64,000 bases of DNA. Source: Acidobacteriota bacterium (GTDB lineage Bacteria > Acidobacteriota > Vicinamibacteria > Vicinamibacterales > CAVVIG01). Shown here piece after piece: positions 43,062 through 51,637 of the stretch. Location of the stretch: assembly GCA_040007095.1 (NCBI GenBank), contig JBDTVS010000004.1:16201-80200 (forward strand), in the 5' to 3' direction. The stretch's first letter is position 1; every line of letters begins with the position of its first letter. The position numbers were made by a program, and so were the translations under genes. Under the pieces are notes generated by a model that was given only the letters and a program-made list of their open reading frames with translations, was not told the origin of the DNA and did not search any database.

Positions 43062-45599
43062 ATGAAGATCAGTGCGGGACATGTGTTCCTCGCCGCATGG
43101 AGTGTTGTGGCTTCGACGGCGGTCAGTACTGCTCCGGCAGGGCCATCGCGGCCGGCACCCCGATCGCAGGGCGTACCGGCTGCCGGGCCGACCGCGTCGG
43201 TGGCGCCGCGGGCGCACCCGCTCGAGTCATCGCCTCCCGGCGTGCCGTCCAAGGCGTTCGTCGACAGCTACTGCGTGACCTGTCACAACCGGCGCCTCAA
43301 GACCGCCGGTCTGGCTATCGACACCCTCGACGTGACCAACGTCTCGGCCGACTCGCCGGCGTGGGAAAAAGTTGTCGTCAAGTTGCGCGCCGGACTGATG
43401 CCTCCCGCTGGGATGCCGCGGCCCCAGCCGGCGGCAATCGAGTCGTTCACGTCAGCACTCGAGACGGCGCTCGATCGCGCCGCCGACGCCCATCCCGATC
43501 CGGGACGCACGGAGACGTTCCACCGACTCAATCGCGCCGAGTATCAGAATGCGATCCGCGATCTGCTGGCGCTCGACGTCAATCTGACGACGCTGCTGCC
43601 GGCCGACGAGATCAGCTACGGGTTCGACAACATCGCGGGCGTCTTGAAGTTGTCGCCGCTGCTCATCGAGCGCTATCTGGGCGCTGCCCGGAAGGTGTCA
43701 CGCCTCGCGTTGGGGACTCCAGGCCCACCCAACGCAGACGTCTACCGCGTGCCCGACCAGCTCGATCAGGATGTGCGCCTCGAGGGAATGCCGATGGGGA
43801 CCCGCGGCGGCACCCGCGTCGACTACGTCGCTCCCCGGGACGGCGAGTATGTGATCAAGGCGCGGTTGGGCCGCGGCGTTGACTACGACGTGCCGCATTT
43901 CCTCGGCGCGCAGCAACTCGAGATCAGCGTGGACGGCGCACAGGTACAGGTCTTCACCGTGCCGGCCACCCCGGGGGTGACACTGAATCCGGAGCGCGCC
44001 GTGGATCAAGGGCGGGCGGCGGCACCGGTCGACCGGGCGGCGCGTACCGCGGCGCAGACCCCGCGAGACATCGACGCCAACTGGGTGGTGACGATTCCGC
44101 TCAAGGCCGGCGTGCACGAGATTCGCGCCACCTTCCCCGTGAAAACGGGCGCGCTCTCCGAGGGCTTCCGGCGCCCATATCTGAAGCCGTACCTGGGCAC
44201 CGGCACGAGCGACCAACGGGAGACACGCGAAGGCGCGGCGTTGCGGGAGCTCGAGATCATGGGTCCCCTCAATCCCGGCGGCGCCGAAGAATCGCCCAGC
44301 CATCGTCGCATCTTTGTGTGCCATCCGACCCGGCCCGCCGACGAAGCCGCGTGCGCGAAAACGATCCTCTCGACGCTGGCGCGCCGAGCCTACCGCCGTC
44401 CGGTCACGGACGCGGACGTCAAGGTGCTGCTCGATTTCTATTCCGACGGCCGCGCCGGCGGCAGCTTCGACGCGGGCATCGACGCGGCGCTTCAGCGTGT
44501 GCTCATCAGCCCGTCCTTCCTGCTGCGCACGGAGTTCACACCTCCCGATGCACCGCACGCCAGCGTCTATCGCATCAGTGACATCGAACTGGCGTCGCGT
44601 CTGTCGTTCTTCCTCTGGAGCAGCATTCCCGACGACGAGTTGCTGACGGTGGCCACCCAGGGCAAGCTGCACGATCCGGCCGTCCTCGAGCGCCAGACCC
44701 GACGCATGCTCGCCGACCCGCGGTCGCAGGCGTTTACCACCAACTTTGCCGGCCAGTGGCTGTCGCTTCGCCGCCTGAAGGAGATTGTCCCCGATTCGTA
44801 TCTGTTCCCCGACTATGGCGACACGCTGGCCCTGGCGTTTCAGAAGGAGGCCGAGCTGTTCTTCGACAGCATCCTGCGCGAGGATCGGCCCGCGCTCGAT
44901 TTGTTGACCGCGAACTATACCTTCGTCAACGAACCGCTGGCGCAGCACTACGACCTCCCCGAAGTGAAGGGCGTCAATTTCCGCCGCGTCACGCTGGCCG
45001 ACGACAGCCCCCGTCGCGGTCTGCTGGGGAAAGGCGCCATCCTGGCGGCGACCGCGCTGCCGAACCGGACGTCTCCGGTGGTGCGGGGCAAGTGGGTGCT
45101 GCAGAACATCCTCGGGGCGCCACCGCCCGAGCCGCCGCCCAACGTACCGTCGTTGCAGGAGAACGGCGAAAGGGTCACCAAGGTCAGCACGCTGCGGGAG
45201 CGTCTCGAGCAGCACCGCGCCAATCCCACCTGTGCGTCGTGCCACAAGTTGATGGACCCGATCGGATTCGCGCTCGAGCGCTTCGATGTCGTCGGACGGT
45301 ACCGGACCTTCGACGAGAATTTCGTGCCGATCGACAGCTCCGGCGTCTATGTCGATGGCACCCGCATCGACGGCCCGGCCGGGCTCCGGCAGGTGCTGGT
45401 CAATCACGCGCCGCAATTTCTGTCGAATGTGACCGGCAAGCTGCTGACCTACGCGCTGGGACGCGGCGTCGAGTCCTACGACGCGCCGGCGGTACGCGCG
45501 ATCCTGCGGGACGCGGCGCCCGCGAATTACCGTCTCTCGTCACTCGTGCTCGGCATCGTCAAGAGCCGCCCATTCCAACTGAGGAGATCCGAATCATGA
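43062..45599 (+). CDS. DUF1592/DUF1588/DUF1587/DUF1585/DUF1595-type haem-binding exported protein
   Basis: Trimmed to ATG 43062, which follows GGAG. Two CxxCH sites (YCVTCHNRRLK, CASCHKLMDPIGF). HRLNRAEYQNAIRDLL is a typical DUF1587 block. The stop overlaps the next start (ATGA 45596-45599). Confidence 0.9.
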   Translation: MKISAGHVFLAAWSVVASTAVSTAPAGPSRPAPRSQGVPAAGPTASVAPRAHPLESSPPGVPSKAFVDSYCVTCHNRRLKTAGLAIDTLDVTNVSADSPAWEKVVVKLRAGLMPPAGMPRPQPAAIESFTSALETALDRAADAHPDPGRTETFHRLNRAEYQNAIRDLLALDVNLTTLLPADEISYGFDNIAGVLKLSPLLIERYLGAARKVSRLALGTPGPPNADVYRVPDQLDQDVRLEGMPMGTRGGTRVDYVAPRDGEYVIKARLGRGVDYDVPHFLGAQQLEISVDGAQVQVFTVPATPGVTLNPERAVDQGRAAAPVDRAARTAAQTPRDIDANWVVTIPLKAGVHEIRATFPVKTGALSEGFRRPYLKPYLGTGTSDQRETREGAALRELEIMGPLNPGGAEESPSHRRIFVCHPTRPADEAACAKTILSTLARRAYRRPVTDADVKVLLDFYSDGRAGGSFDAGIDAALQRVLISPSFLLRTEFTPPDAPHASVYRISDIELASRLSFFLWSSIPDDELLTVATQGKLHDPAVLERQTRRMLADPRSQAFTTNFAGQWLSLRRLKEIVPDSYLFPDYGDTLALAFQKEAELFFDSILREDRPALDLLTANYTFVNEPLAQHYDLPEVKGVNFRRVTLADDSPRRGLLGKGAILAATALPNRTSPVVRGKWVLQNILGAPPPEPPPNVPSLQENGERVTKVSTLRERLEQHRANPTCASCHKLMDPIGFALERFDVVGRYRTFDENFVPIDSSGVYVDGTRIDGPAGLRQVLVNHAPQFLSNVTGKLLTYALGRGVESYDAPAVRAILRDAAPANYRLSSLVLGIVKSRPFQLRRSES

Positions 45600-47011
45600 T
45601 CATCACCAAGAAAGCCCTGCCGCGTCGCACGTTCCTGCGCGGCGCCGGCGTCACACTGGCGTTGCCGTTGCTCGACGCGATGGTGCCTGCGCTGACGGCG
45701 CTGGCCGAGACCCCCGCGAAGCCGGTCTATCGGTATGGCTTCTACTACCTGCCCAACGGCGTGGCGATGACGCACACCGACGTGAACTATTGGAAACCCA
45801 CGACCGTGGGCGCGAACTTCGAGTTCTCTCCGATCTTGAAACCGCTCGAGCCCTTCCGCGATCAGCTGACCGTGGTCAGCGGGCTGCATCATCGGTCGTC
45901 AGAAAGCCTTGGCGACGGGAATGGCGACCACACGCGCAGTACCGGCACCTGGCTGACCGGCGTGCACATCAAGCGGACCGAAGGCTCCGACCTGCGGGCC
46001 GGCACCTCGATCGATCAGGTGATCGCGTCGCAGTTCCGGAAATCGACGCCCCTGCCGTCGCTCGAGCTCGCGATTCTTCCCGACGATGTGACCAACGGTG
46101 GCGGCTGCGACGCCGGGTACAGTTGCGCCTATCAGACCACCCTCGCCTGGGCGTCACCGACCACGCCGCTGCCGACACAGAGCAGTCCGCGTCTGGTGTT
46201 CGAGCAGTTGTTCGGCGACGGCGGCTCGGCGGCGGAGCAGCGGGCCGCGCTGCGCGCGAAGAGCAGCATTCTCGATTCCGCGACCGAAGAGATGGCCCGG
46301 CTGCGGGCGAAAGTGGGCGCGTCGGACCGCGCCGTGCTCGCCGACTATCTGGATGTGCTGCGGGAGGTCGAGCGCCGCATTCAGCAGGCCGAGATACAGA
46401 GCGCGCTCTCTCCGCTGCCCGAATACGCGCGGCCCGGACTCGGCGTGCCCCAGCGATTCGACGATCACACCAAGCTGATGTTCGATTTGCAGTGCCTCGC
46501 GTTCCAGGGCGACATCACGAGGGTCACGACGTTCATGTATGGCGCCGAGCAGCGTGGGCGGATGTACCCGGAAATCGGGTTGAACGAATCGCATCACTCC
46601 ATGTCGCACCACGGCGACAATCCCGAGAACCTGGCGAAGTACGCGAAGTTGAACACCTGGCACGTGAGCCTGCTCGGCTATCTTCTGGAAAAAATGCGCA
46701 ACACCCCGGATGGGGACGGCACGCTGCTCGATCACTCGATGATGATGATCGGCGCCGGGATGAGCAATGCGAACATTCATTCGCACATGGACCTGCCGCT
46801 CGCGCTGATCGGCGGCGCCAGCGGGCTCAAGGGCAACCGCCACATCGCGACGCCGATGGGCACGCCGTCCTCCAATCTGCTGGTGCATCTCGCGAACCGG
46901 GCGGGCGTCCCGATCGAGAGCTTCGGCGACAGCACCGCCGTGCTCGACCTCGATACCGTGCCGACTGGCGGACCGGCGAGCGGGGCTCCGAAGGCGGCCA
47001 CGAGCGCCTGA
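45596..47011 (+). CDS. DUF1552 domain-containing protein (Tat signal)
   Basis: ATG 45596 follows GAGGAG. MIITKKALPRRTFLRGAGVTLALPLLDAM. This is the usual partner of DUF1592 proteins. The track ORF 44756..47011 is an over-extension of this frame. Confidence 0.9.
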   Translation: MIITKKALPRRTFLRGAGVTLALPLLDAMVPALTALAETPAKPVYRYGFYYLPNGVAMTHTDVNYWKPTTVGANFEFSPILKPLEPFRDQLTVVSGLHHRSSESLGDGNGDHTRSTGTWLTGVHIKRTEGSDLRAGTSIDQVIASQFRKSTPLPSLELAILPDDVTNGGGCDAGYSCAYQTTLAWASPTTPLPTQSSPRLVFEQLFGDGGSAAEQRAALRAKSSILDSATEEMARLRAKVGASDRAVLADYLDVLREVERRIQQAEIQSALSPLPEYARPGLGVPQRFDDHTKLMFDLQCLAFQGDITRVTTFMYGAEQRGRMYPEIGLNESHHSMSHHGDNPENLAKYAKLNTWHVSLLGYLLEKMRNTPDGDGTLLDHSMMMIGAGMSNANIHSHMDLPLALIGGASGLKGNRHIATPMGTPSSNLLVHLANRAGVPIESFGDSTAVLDLDTVPTGGPASGAPKAATSA

Positions 47012-47090
47012 CAGCCGAGACGGGGCGATGGCGGCGCCTGCCCGACGGACGAACCCCGCGCCGCCATCGTCAGGTATGAGGTTGACGTTT

Positions 47091-47250
47091 AGGACCCGTA
47101 GATGAATAACGTGCGCATTCTGGCCGCCGATGCATCCCGCCGGGCTGCGTTGCTCGTCACTTGCATACGCCCGGTATGCGCGCTCCTCGCGCCTTGCCGG
47201 GCGGGCGCCTCGACGCCCAGAATTGCACACGTTATTCATCTACGGGTCCT
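47091..47250 (+). repeat. Hairpin element family 1, copy D (160 bp)
   Basis: 157 of 160 positions are identical to copy A. Intergenic, between the DUF1552 stop and the ankyrin gene. Confidence 0.9.
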
Positions 47251-47437
47251 TCCCCCCGAGTCGTCATGAGCGGGGCACACTCCGTGGAACGAAATCACAA
47301 CGTTTGAACGTCCTGTTTTCTCAACAGGCACTTTGAGACTTTGCATGTCACTTTCTAATCGGCACACCGAGAAGCACATTGGGCTGTTTCTCGGTGATCT
47401 CGGTGGTTGACCTTGAAACCGAGACACGACCGACGCC

Positions 47438-47458
47438 ATCAACACGTTGACATCAACG
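47438..47458. promoter_or_regulatory. ATCAACACGTTGACATCAACG (three TCAAC/GTTGA half-sites)
   Basis: Uses the same half-sites as the 42.5-42.9 kb palindromes but with different spacing. It lies 29 nt upstream of ATG 47487. Confidence 0.3.
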
Positions 47459-47486
47459 ACGAACCAGGCCGACGGAGAAATCAACC

Positions 47487-49109
47487 ATGGAGACATCGAG
47501 TATGCCGGTGAGACGGATGGCCGAATGCGCGCTGGTCGCGCTGCTCGCGGTCGTGCCTGCGGGGCAGGCGAGTGCTGCGGGCGGCGCGGCTTCGCTCGTG
47601 GAAGCCGCCAAGCAAGGGGATGCCGCGGCGGTTCGCGCATTCCTGAAAAATCAGCCCAGCTCGGTCAATGTTGCCGAAGGCGACGGGACGACCGCCTTGC
47701 ACTGGGCGGCGGACCACAACGATGCGGCCACGTCCGAGTTGCTCATTCGAGCGGGAGCCAATGTCAAGGCGGTGAACCGCTACGGCGCGACGCCGCTGTA
47801 TCCGGCGGCCGTCAATGGCAATGCGGCAATCATCGAGCAACTGATCAAGGCCGGTGCGGATGCCAATGCGGCGCTGCCCGAAGGCGAGACGACGCTGATG
47901 ACGGCCGCCCGCACCGGGAACGTGGACGCGGTGAAGCTGCTCCTGGAGTGCGGCGCAGACGTCAACGCCAGGGAAGGATGGAAACGGCAGACGGCGCTGA
48001 TGTGGGCCGCGCACGAAGGCAACACGTCGGCCGCGAAACTGCTGATCGGGGCGGGTGCACAGATCCAGGACCGGTCGCTGTTCGGCTGGACGCCGCTGCT
48101 GTTCGCGGTGCGTCAGGGACACATCGACACCATCAAGGCGCTGCTCGCCAGCGGTGCCAGCGTGCACGATACCCTGCCGGATGGCACCGGAGCCCTGGTC
48201 ACCGCCATCCATAGCCTCAATTTCGAGGTCGCCGGCGTGCTGCTCGACCACGGGATCGATCCCAACGCCGCCGGCCAGGGCTGGACCGCACTCCATCAGA
48301 TCATGTGGGCGCGCCGGCCGCAGCACGGCTGGAGAAATCCCAATCAGACTCCGAAAGGCAACTTGAGCAGTCTCGACCTGGTCAAGAAGCTCGTGGTGGA
48401 GTACGGCGCCGACATCAACGCCCGTGAGACGAAAGAGCCGAGTGGAGACTTCGAAGGGCGGAACAACTTCAACCGCTATGGCGCCACCCCGTTCCTGTTG
48501 GCCGCGAAAAACGTCGACGTCCCGGCGATGCAGGCCCTGCTGGATCTCGGCGCCGATCCGTTTCTCGGCAATGTCGAGGGCGCCACGCCGTTGATGGTGG
48601 CGGCCGGCGTCGGCATCTATTCGCAGGGCGAGAATCCAGGACAGCCCGAGGAATCCGCCGAGGCGGTGAAGTTCCTGCTGGATCTGGGAGCCAAAGCCAC
48701 CGACGTCGACAACAACGGCGACACCGCGCTCCACGGCAACTCCTATCGAGGGTCGAACGAGTCGGTGATGCTGCTGGTGAATGCCGGCGCGAAGCTCGAT
48801 GCCAGGAACAAGTACGGCTGGACGCCACTGACAATCGCCACCGGCGTCTACTTCAACTGCCGCGTCGTGATGAACAAGCACACCGCGAAACTGCTGACGG
48901 ACCTCATGGTCGCGCGTGGCATGGACACGAGTCAGGCAGGCATCAACACCAACGGTCAACGCCCCGATCAAAGCGGCGCCGTGCAATGCGCCGCCGTCGC
49001 CGACGACCTCGTCGATGCGCAGAGTCCCGCCGAGGTTCAGCAAAGACTCCTCGGGGAGCAGATGAAGCGGGAAGAGGCGTTGAAGCGGCTCCAGAGTCAG
49101 GGGAAGTAG
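47487..49109 (+). CDS. Exported ankyrin-repeat protein
   Basis: 540 aa with a signal peptide. Many ANK units (GTTALHWAADHNDAATSELLIRAGANVKA, GATPLYPAAVNGNAAIIEQLIKAGADANA, and others). Confidence 0.9.
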   Translation: METSSMPVRRMAECALVALLAVVPAGQASAAGGAASLVEAAKQGDAAAVRAFLKNQPSSVNVAEGDGTTALHWAADHNDAATSELLIRAGANVKAVNRYGATPLYPAAVNGNAAIIEQLIKAGADANAALPEGETTLMTAARTGNVDAVKLLLECGADVNAREGWKRQTALMWAAHEGNTSAAKLLIGAGAQIQDRSLFGWTPLLFAVRQGHIDTIKALLASGASVHDTLPDGTGALVTAIHSLNFEVAGVLLDHGIDPNAAGQGWTALHQIMWARRPQHGWRNPNQTPKGNLSSLDLVKKLVVEYGADINARETKEPSGDFEGRNNFNRYGATPFLLAAKNVDVPAMQALLDLGADPFLGNVEGATPLMVAAGVGIYSQGENPGQPEESAEAVKFLLDLGAKATDVDNNGDTALHGNSYRGSNESVMLLVNAGAKLDARNKYGWTPLTIATGVYFNCRVVMNKHTAKLLTDLMVARGMDTSQAGINTNGQRPDQSGAVQCAAVADDLVDAQSPAEVQQRLLGEQMKREEALKRLQSQGK

Positions 49110-49113
49110 GCCC

Positions 49114-50043
49114 ATGACAGAGAATCAGAATCGTCCCTGCCGCTCCCGGATGGGTGGCGGTACGCGATACAAATGGTTCAGCACGACTGGCGGCGCGTAC
49201 CTCGCGGTGGCCGGGTCGATTCTGATCGCGACCATGGCCGCACCCGGCGCTCAGAGAACGCGCCCCGACAACGACGGCCAGGGCGCGCCGGTGGCGACCA
49301 ACAGGATCGCGCAGAATCCGGACGCGTACTACGGGAAACTGATCACCGTGTCGGCCGGCGTCGAGCAGATTCTGTCGAGGACCGCGTTTCTCGTCGATCA
49401 ACAACGCAAGGTCGTCGGCAGCATGGACGTGCAGGCCATCGGCAAGCCGGTGCTGGTGATCGCGCCTTACCTGAGCGGCCGCCTCGATCAAAAGAGTTAT
49501 CTGTGGGTGCGTGGCGAGCTCGTGAAGTTCGACGCGACGGCGATTGCCCGGGTCGCGCCCGACTACAGGATCGATCTGCCCCCCGAGGTGGCCGCCAAGT
49601 ACCAGGGCCAGCCGGTGCTGCTGGCGAACTCCGTGATGAACTCCACCCATGCCGAGTTGGGGAAGAAGCCGTACCCGCCGCCCACTGCGGCGGAGCTGTC
49701 GCTCAGCGTGGCCATGAAGACCATCGGACCTGCGTTTGCCGAACTGCAGGCGGCGGCCAGGGACTCGAAGGGGGATATGGTCTCGGAGAACGCGGCGAAG
49801 CTGCTGCCGGCGTTCACCCGGACGGAAGAGATCTGGGAAGACCTCGGTCAGATCGCCGCGTCGGAGTGGGCACGCACGGCGCGCGACCACGCGGACGCGA
49901 TCGCGCGCGCCGCGGCAAACGGCAACTGGGACTCGGTCAAGATCTCGGCCGTCGCCCTCAATCGACTGTGCCAGAACTGCCACGGCGCCTACCGCGATCG
50001 CCAGGAGGATGGCGCGTTCCGTATCAGGCCCGGTTCATTCTAG
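49114..50043 (+). CDS. Exported protein with C-terminal cytochrome c-prime-like (class II) haem domain
   Basis: 309 aa. The C-terminal ~120 aa are helical and end in LCQNCHGAYRDR, a CxxCH near the C-terminus as in cytochrome c-prime/c556. The start may be ATG 49150. It begins 4 nt after the ankyrin stop. Confidence 0.7.
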   Translation: MTENQNRPCRSRMGGGTRYKWFSTTGGAYLAVAGSILIATMAAPGAQRTRPDNDGQGAPVATNRIAQNPDAYYGKLITVSAGVEQILSRTAFLVDQQRKVVGSMDVQAIGKPVLVIAPYLSGRLDQKSYLWVRGELVKFDATAIARVAPDYRIDLPPEVAAKYQGQPVLLANSVMNSTHAELGKKPYPPPTAAELSLSVAMKTIGPAFAELQAAARDSKGDMVSENAAKLLPAFTRTEEIWEDLGQIAASEWARTARDHADAIARAAANGNWDSVKISAVALNRLCQNCHGAYRDRQEDGAFRIRPGSF

Positions 50044-50089
50044 AACCGCCAGGGCGTTGTCGTTTGTTGCTCAGAGAGTCGCGAATGTT

Positions 50090-50160
50090 GAAACCACAAA
50101 GAGCACGAAGAACACAAAGAATCTCTCGGTCTTTCTTCGGCTCCGCCGCGCCTTCGTCTT
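50090..50160. repeat. CAC-periodic repeat family 2, copy d
   Basis: AACCACAAAGAGCACGAAGAACACAAAGAATCTCTCGGTCTTTCTTCGG...CCTTCGTCTT, between convergent genes (stops at 50043 and 50159). Confidence 0.7.
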
Positions 50161-50629
50161 ACCGTTCGGATACTTCGCATTCTCCGTAGTACTGCTCCGG
50201 GCTGGACGTGAACCCCGGCACGCTGACATCCGTGTACTCGTGCCGGGTGTGCACGGCTTTCAGCTTCCCAGGACGACTCTCGGCACTGAACACCGTCGTC
50301 ATGTAGACCGGTCCATCTCTGAAGCTTTCGATCAGGTGAAGGATGTTGCCGGAGAGCTTCGCGATGATGTCGGAGCGGCCAAACTGCCCGACCGATCCAG
50401 CGGTCCCCTCGTCGGTGTTGATCGCATTGAACACCACCCGCAGCTGCGACGGTTTTACTTCGGCGTGCGCCGATCCGCTGCTCCAGGTTCCGGTCGCCAC
50501 GAGTTGAAATACACACGTGAGCCCCTTCGCACCCGCCACCCTGTTGACGCCCGCCTCTTGAGCGAGCCCTCCTCGTGAGCCGAGCAGCAAGAGCAAGGCG
50601 AGAGCCGCGAAACCGTTTCTAGTCGACAT
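50159..50629 (-). CDS. Hypothetical exported protein
   Basis: Trimmed to ATG 50629, 7 nt after GGAG. Signal peptide MSTRNGFAALALLLLLGSRGGLAQ. No family recognised. Confidence 0.6.
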   Translation of the reverse strand: MSTRNGFAALALLLLLGSRGGLAQEAGVNRVAGAKGLTCVFQLVATGTWSSGSAHAEVKPSQLRVVFNAINTDEGTAGSVGQFGRSDIIAKLSGNILHLIESFRDGPVYMTTVFSAESRPGKLKAVHTRHEYTDVSVPGFTSSPEQYYGECEVSER

Positions 50630-51022
50630 CTTTGACTCCGTGTGCGCTCCGTGTGAGAACGAATGGAGCAAGCGCCGGGCCATCAGCCTCTCAACACAGC
50701 CACAAGGTTCTAGCGCAGAGATCGCAGAGATTCCTCTATACGAAGTGCTGTTCGGACAGCGCGCGCGGCCCGGTTGCGTTCGTTGGTGCTCGACCGGCGG
50801 TACACGCGAATCGACAAAACTGGCCGTCGGTCGTGTCGTCTATCCCTCGAAGCCTCGGGGCCGTTGTTTGCTCCATTAAGTGTCTCGTCTCGCTGGTGTT
50901 ATGCGCGGACGCCATCGCCTCGTGAGCCGACGGGTCGCACGATGATGATTGACGATTCGAGGCGAATCGACAAATCCGCACCAAATGGGAGCCGGACGCG
51001 CGGATGGCGTGGCGATCGCCGG

Positions 51023-51046
51023 CGCCGGGATCTCCGGCCCTTTTTT
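51023..51046 (+). terminator. Short GC hairpin plus T6 tract in the leader region of the DUF6152 operon
   Basis: GCCGG-GATCT-CCGGC followed by CCTTTTTTG. A T6 run is very unusual in this GC-rich window. It lies 150 nt upstream of start 51197. Confidence 0.3.
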
Positions 51047-51196
51047 GAAATGTCGGAGGTATTCCTTCACGCGCGACTGATTCAACGCGGGCGCGCAGCG
51101 GCGCACGGCAGGTGAAGAGCCATGGACCCCGCCTTGCATGGGCAGCCCTCGGTCGGCCGAGTCATCGGTTGTGATCCGCATTCAAGGAGGTCGTTC

Positions 51197-51619
51197 GTGA
51201 TCGGGTGGAAATCGAGAACCGTGTTGTCAGCGATCGGTCTTGTTCTGCTCCTGGCGGGGCGGCCGGTCAGTGCGCATCACTCGTTCGCCGCGGAGTACGA
51301 CGGCGCCAAGCCGATCACGCTCACCGGCACGCTGACGAGGATGCTCTGGTCCAATCCCCACGCATGGGTCTACGTGGACGTGAAGGGCAGCGATGGCAAG
51401 ACCGTCGGTTGGGCGTTCGAGACCGGCGGGGCGAACGCGCTGTATCGGCGGGGCTGGAAGAAGGTGGATCTCCCCGCGGGCGTCGTGGTCACCATCGAAG
51501 GGTTCATGGCCAAAGACGGGTCGCCGACCGTCAATGCGACGACCATCAAGCTGCCCGATGGGCGTCAACTGTTCGCCGGATCATCCGGAACCGGATCGCC
51601 CGGAAAGCCTGCGTCATAG
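51197..51619 (+). CDS. DUF6152-like small exported protein
   Basis: GTG 51197 sits 6 nt after GGAGG. Signal peptide (V)IGWKSRTVLSAIGLVLLLAGRPVSA, then AHHSFAAEYDGAKPITLTGTLTRMLWSNPHAWVYVDV. Paralog of 12150..12539. Confidence 0.8.
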   Translation: MIGWKSRTVLSAIGLVLLLAGRPVSAHHSFAAEYDGAKPITLTGTLTRMLWSNPHAWVYVDVKGSDGKTVGWAFETGGANALYRRGWKKVDLPAGVVVTIEGFMAKDGSPTVNATTIKLPDGRQLFAGSSGTGSPGKPAS

Positions 51620-51637
51620 TTCGGAGAAGCGCTTCAC

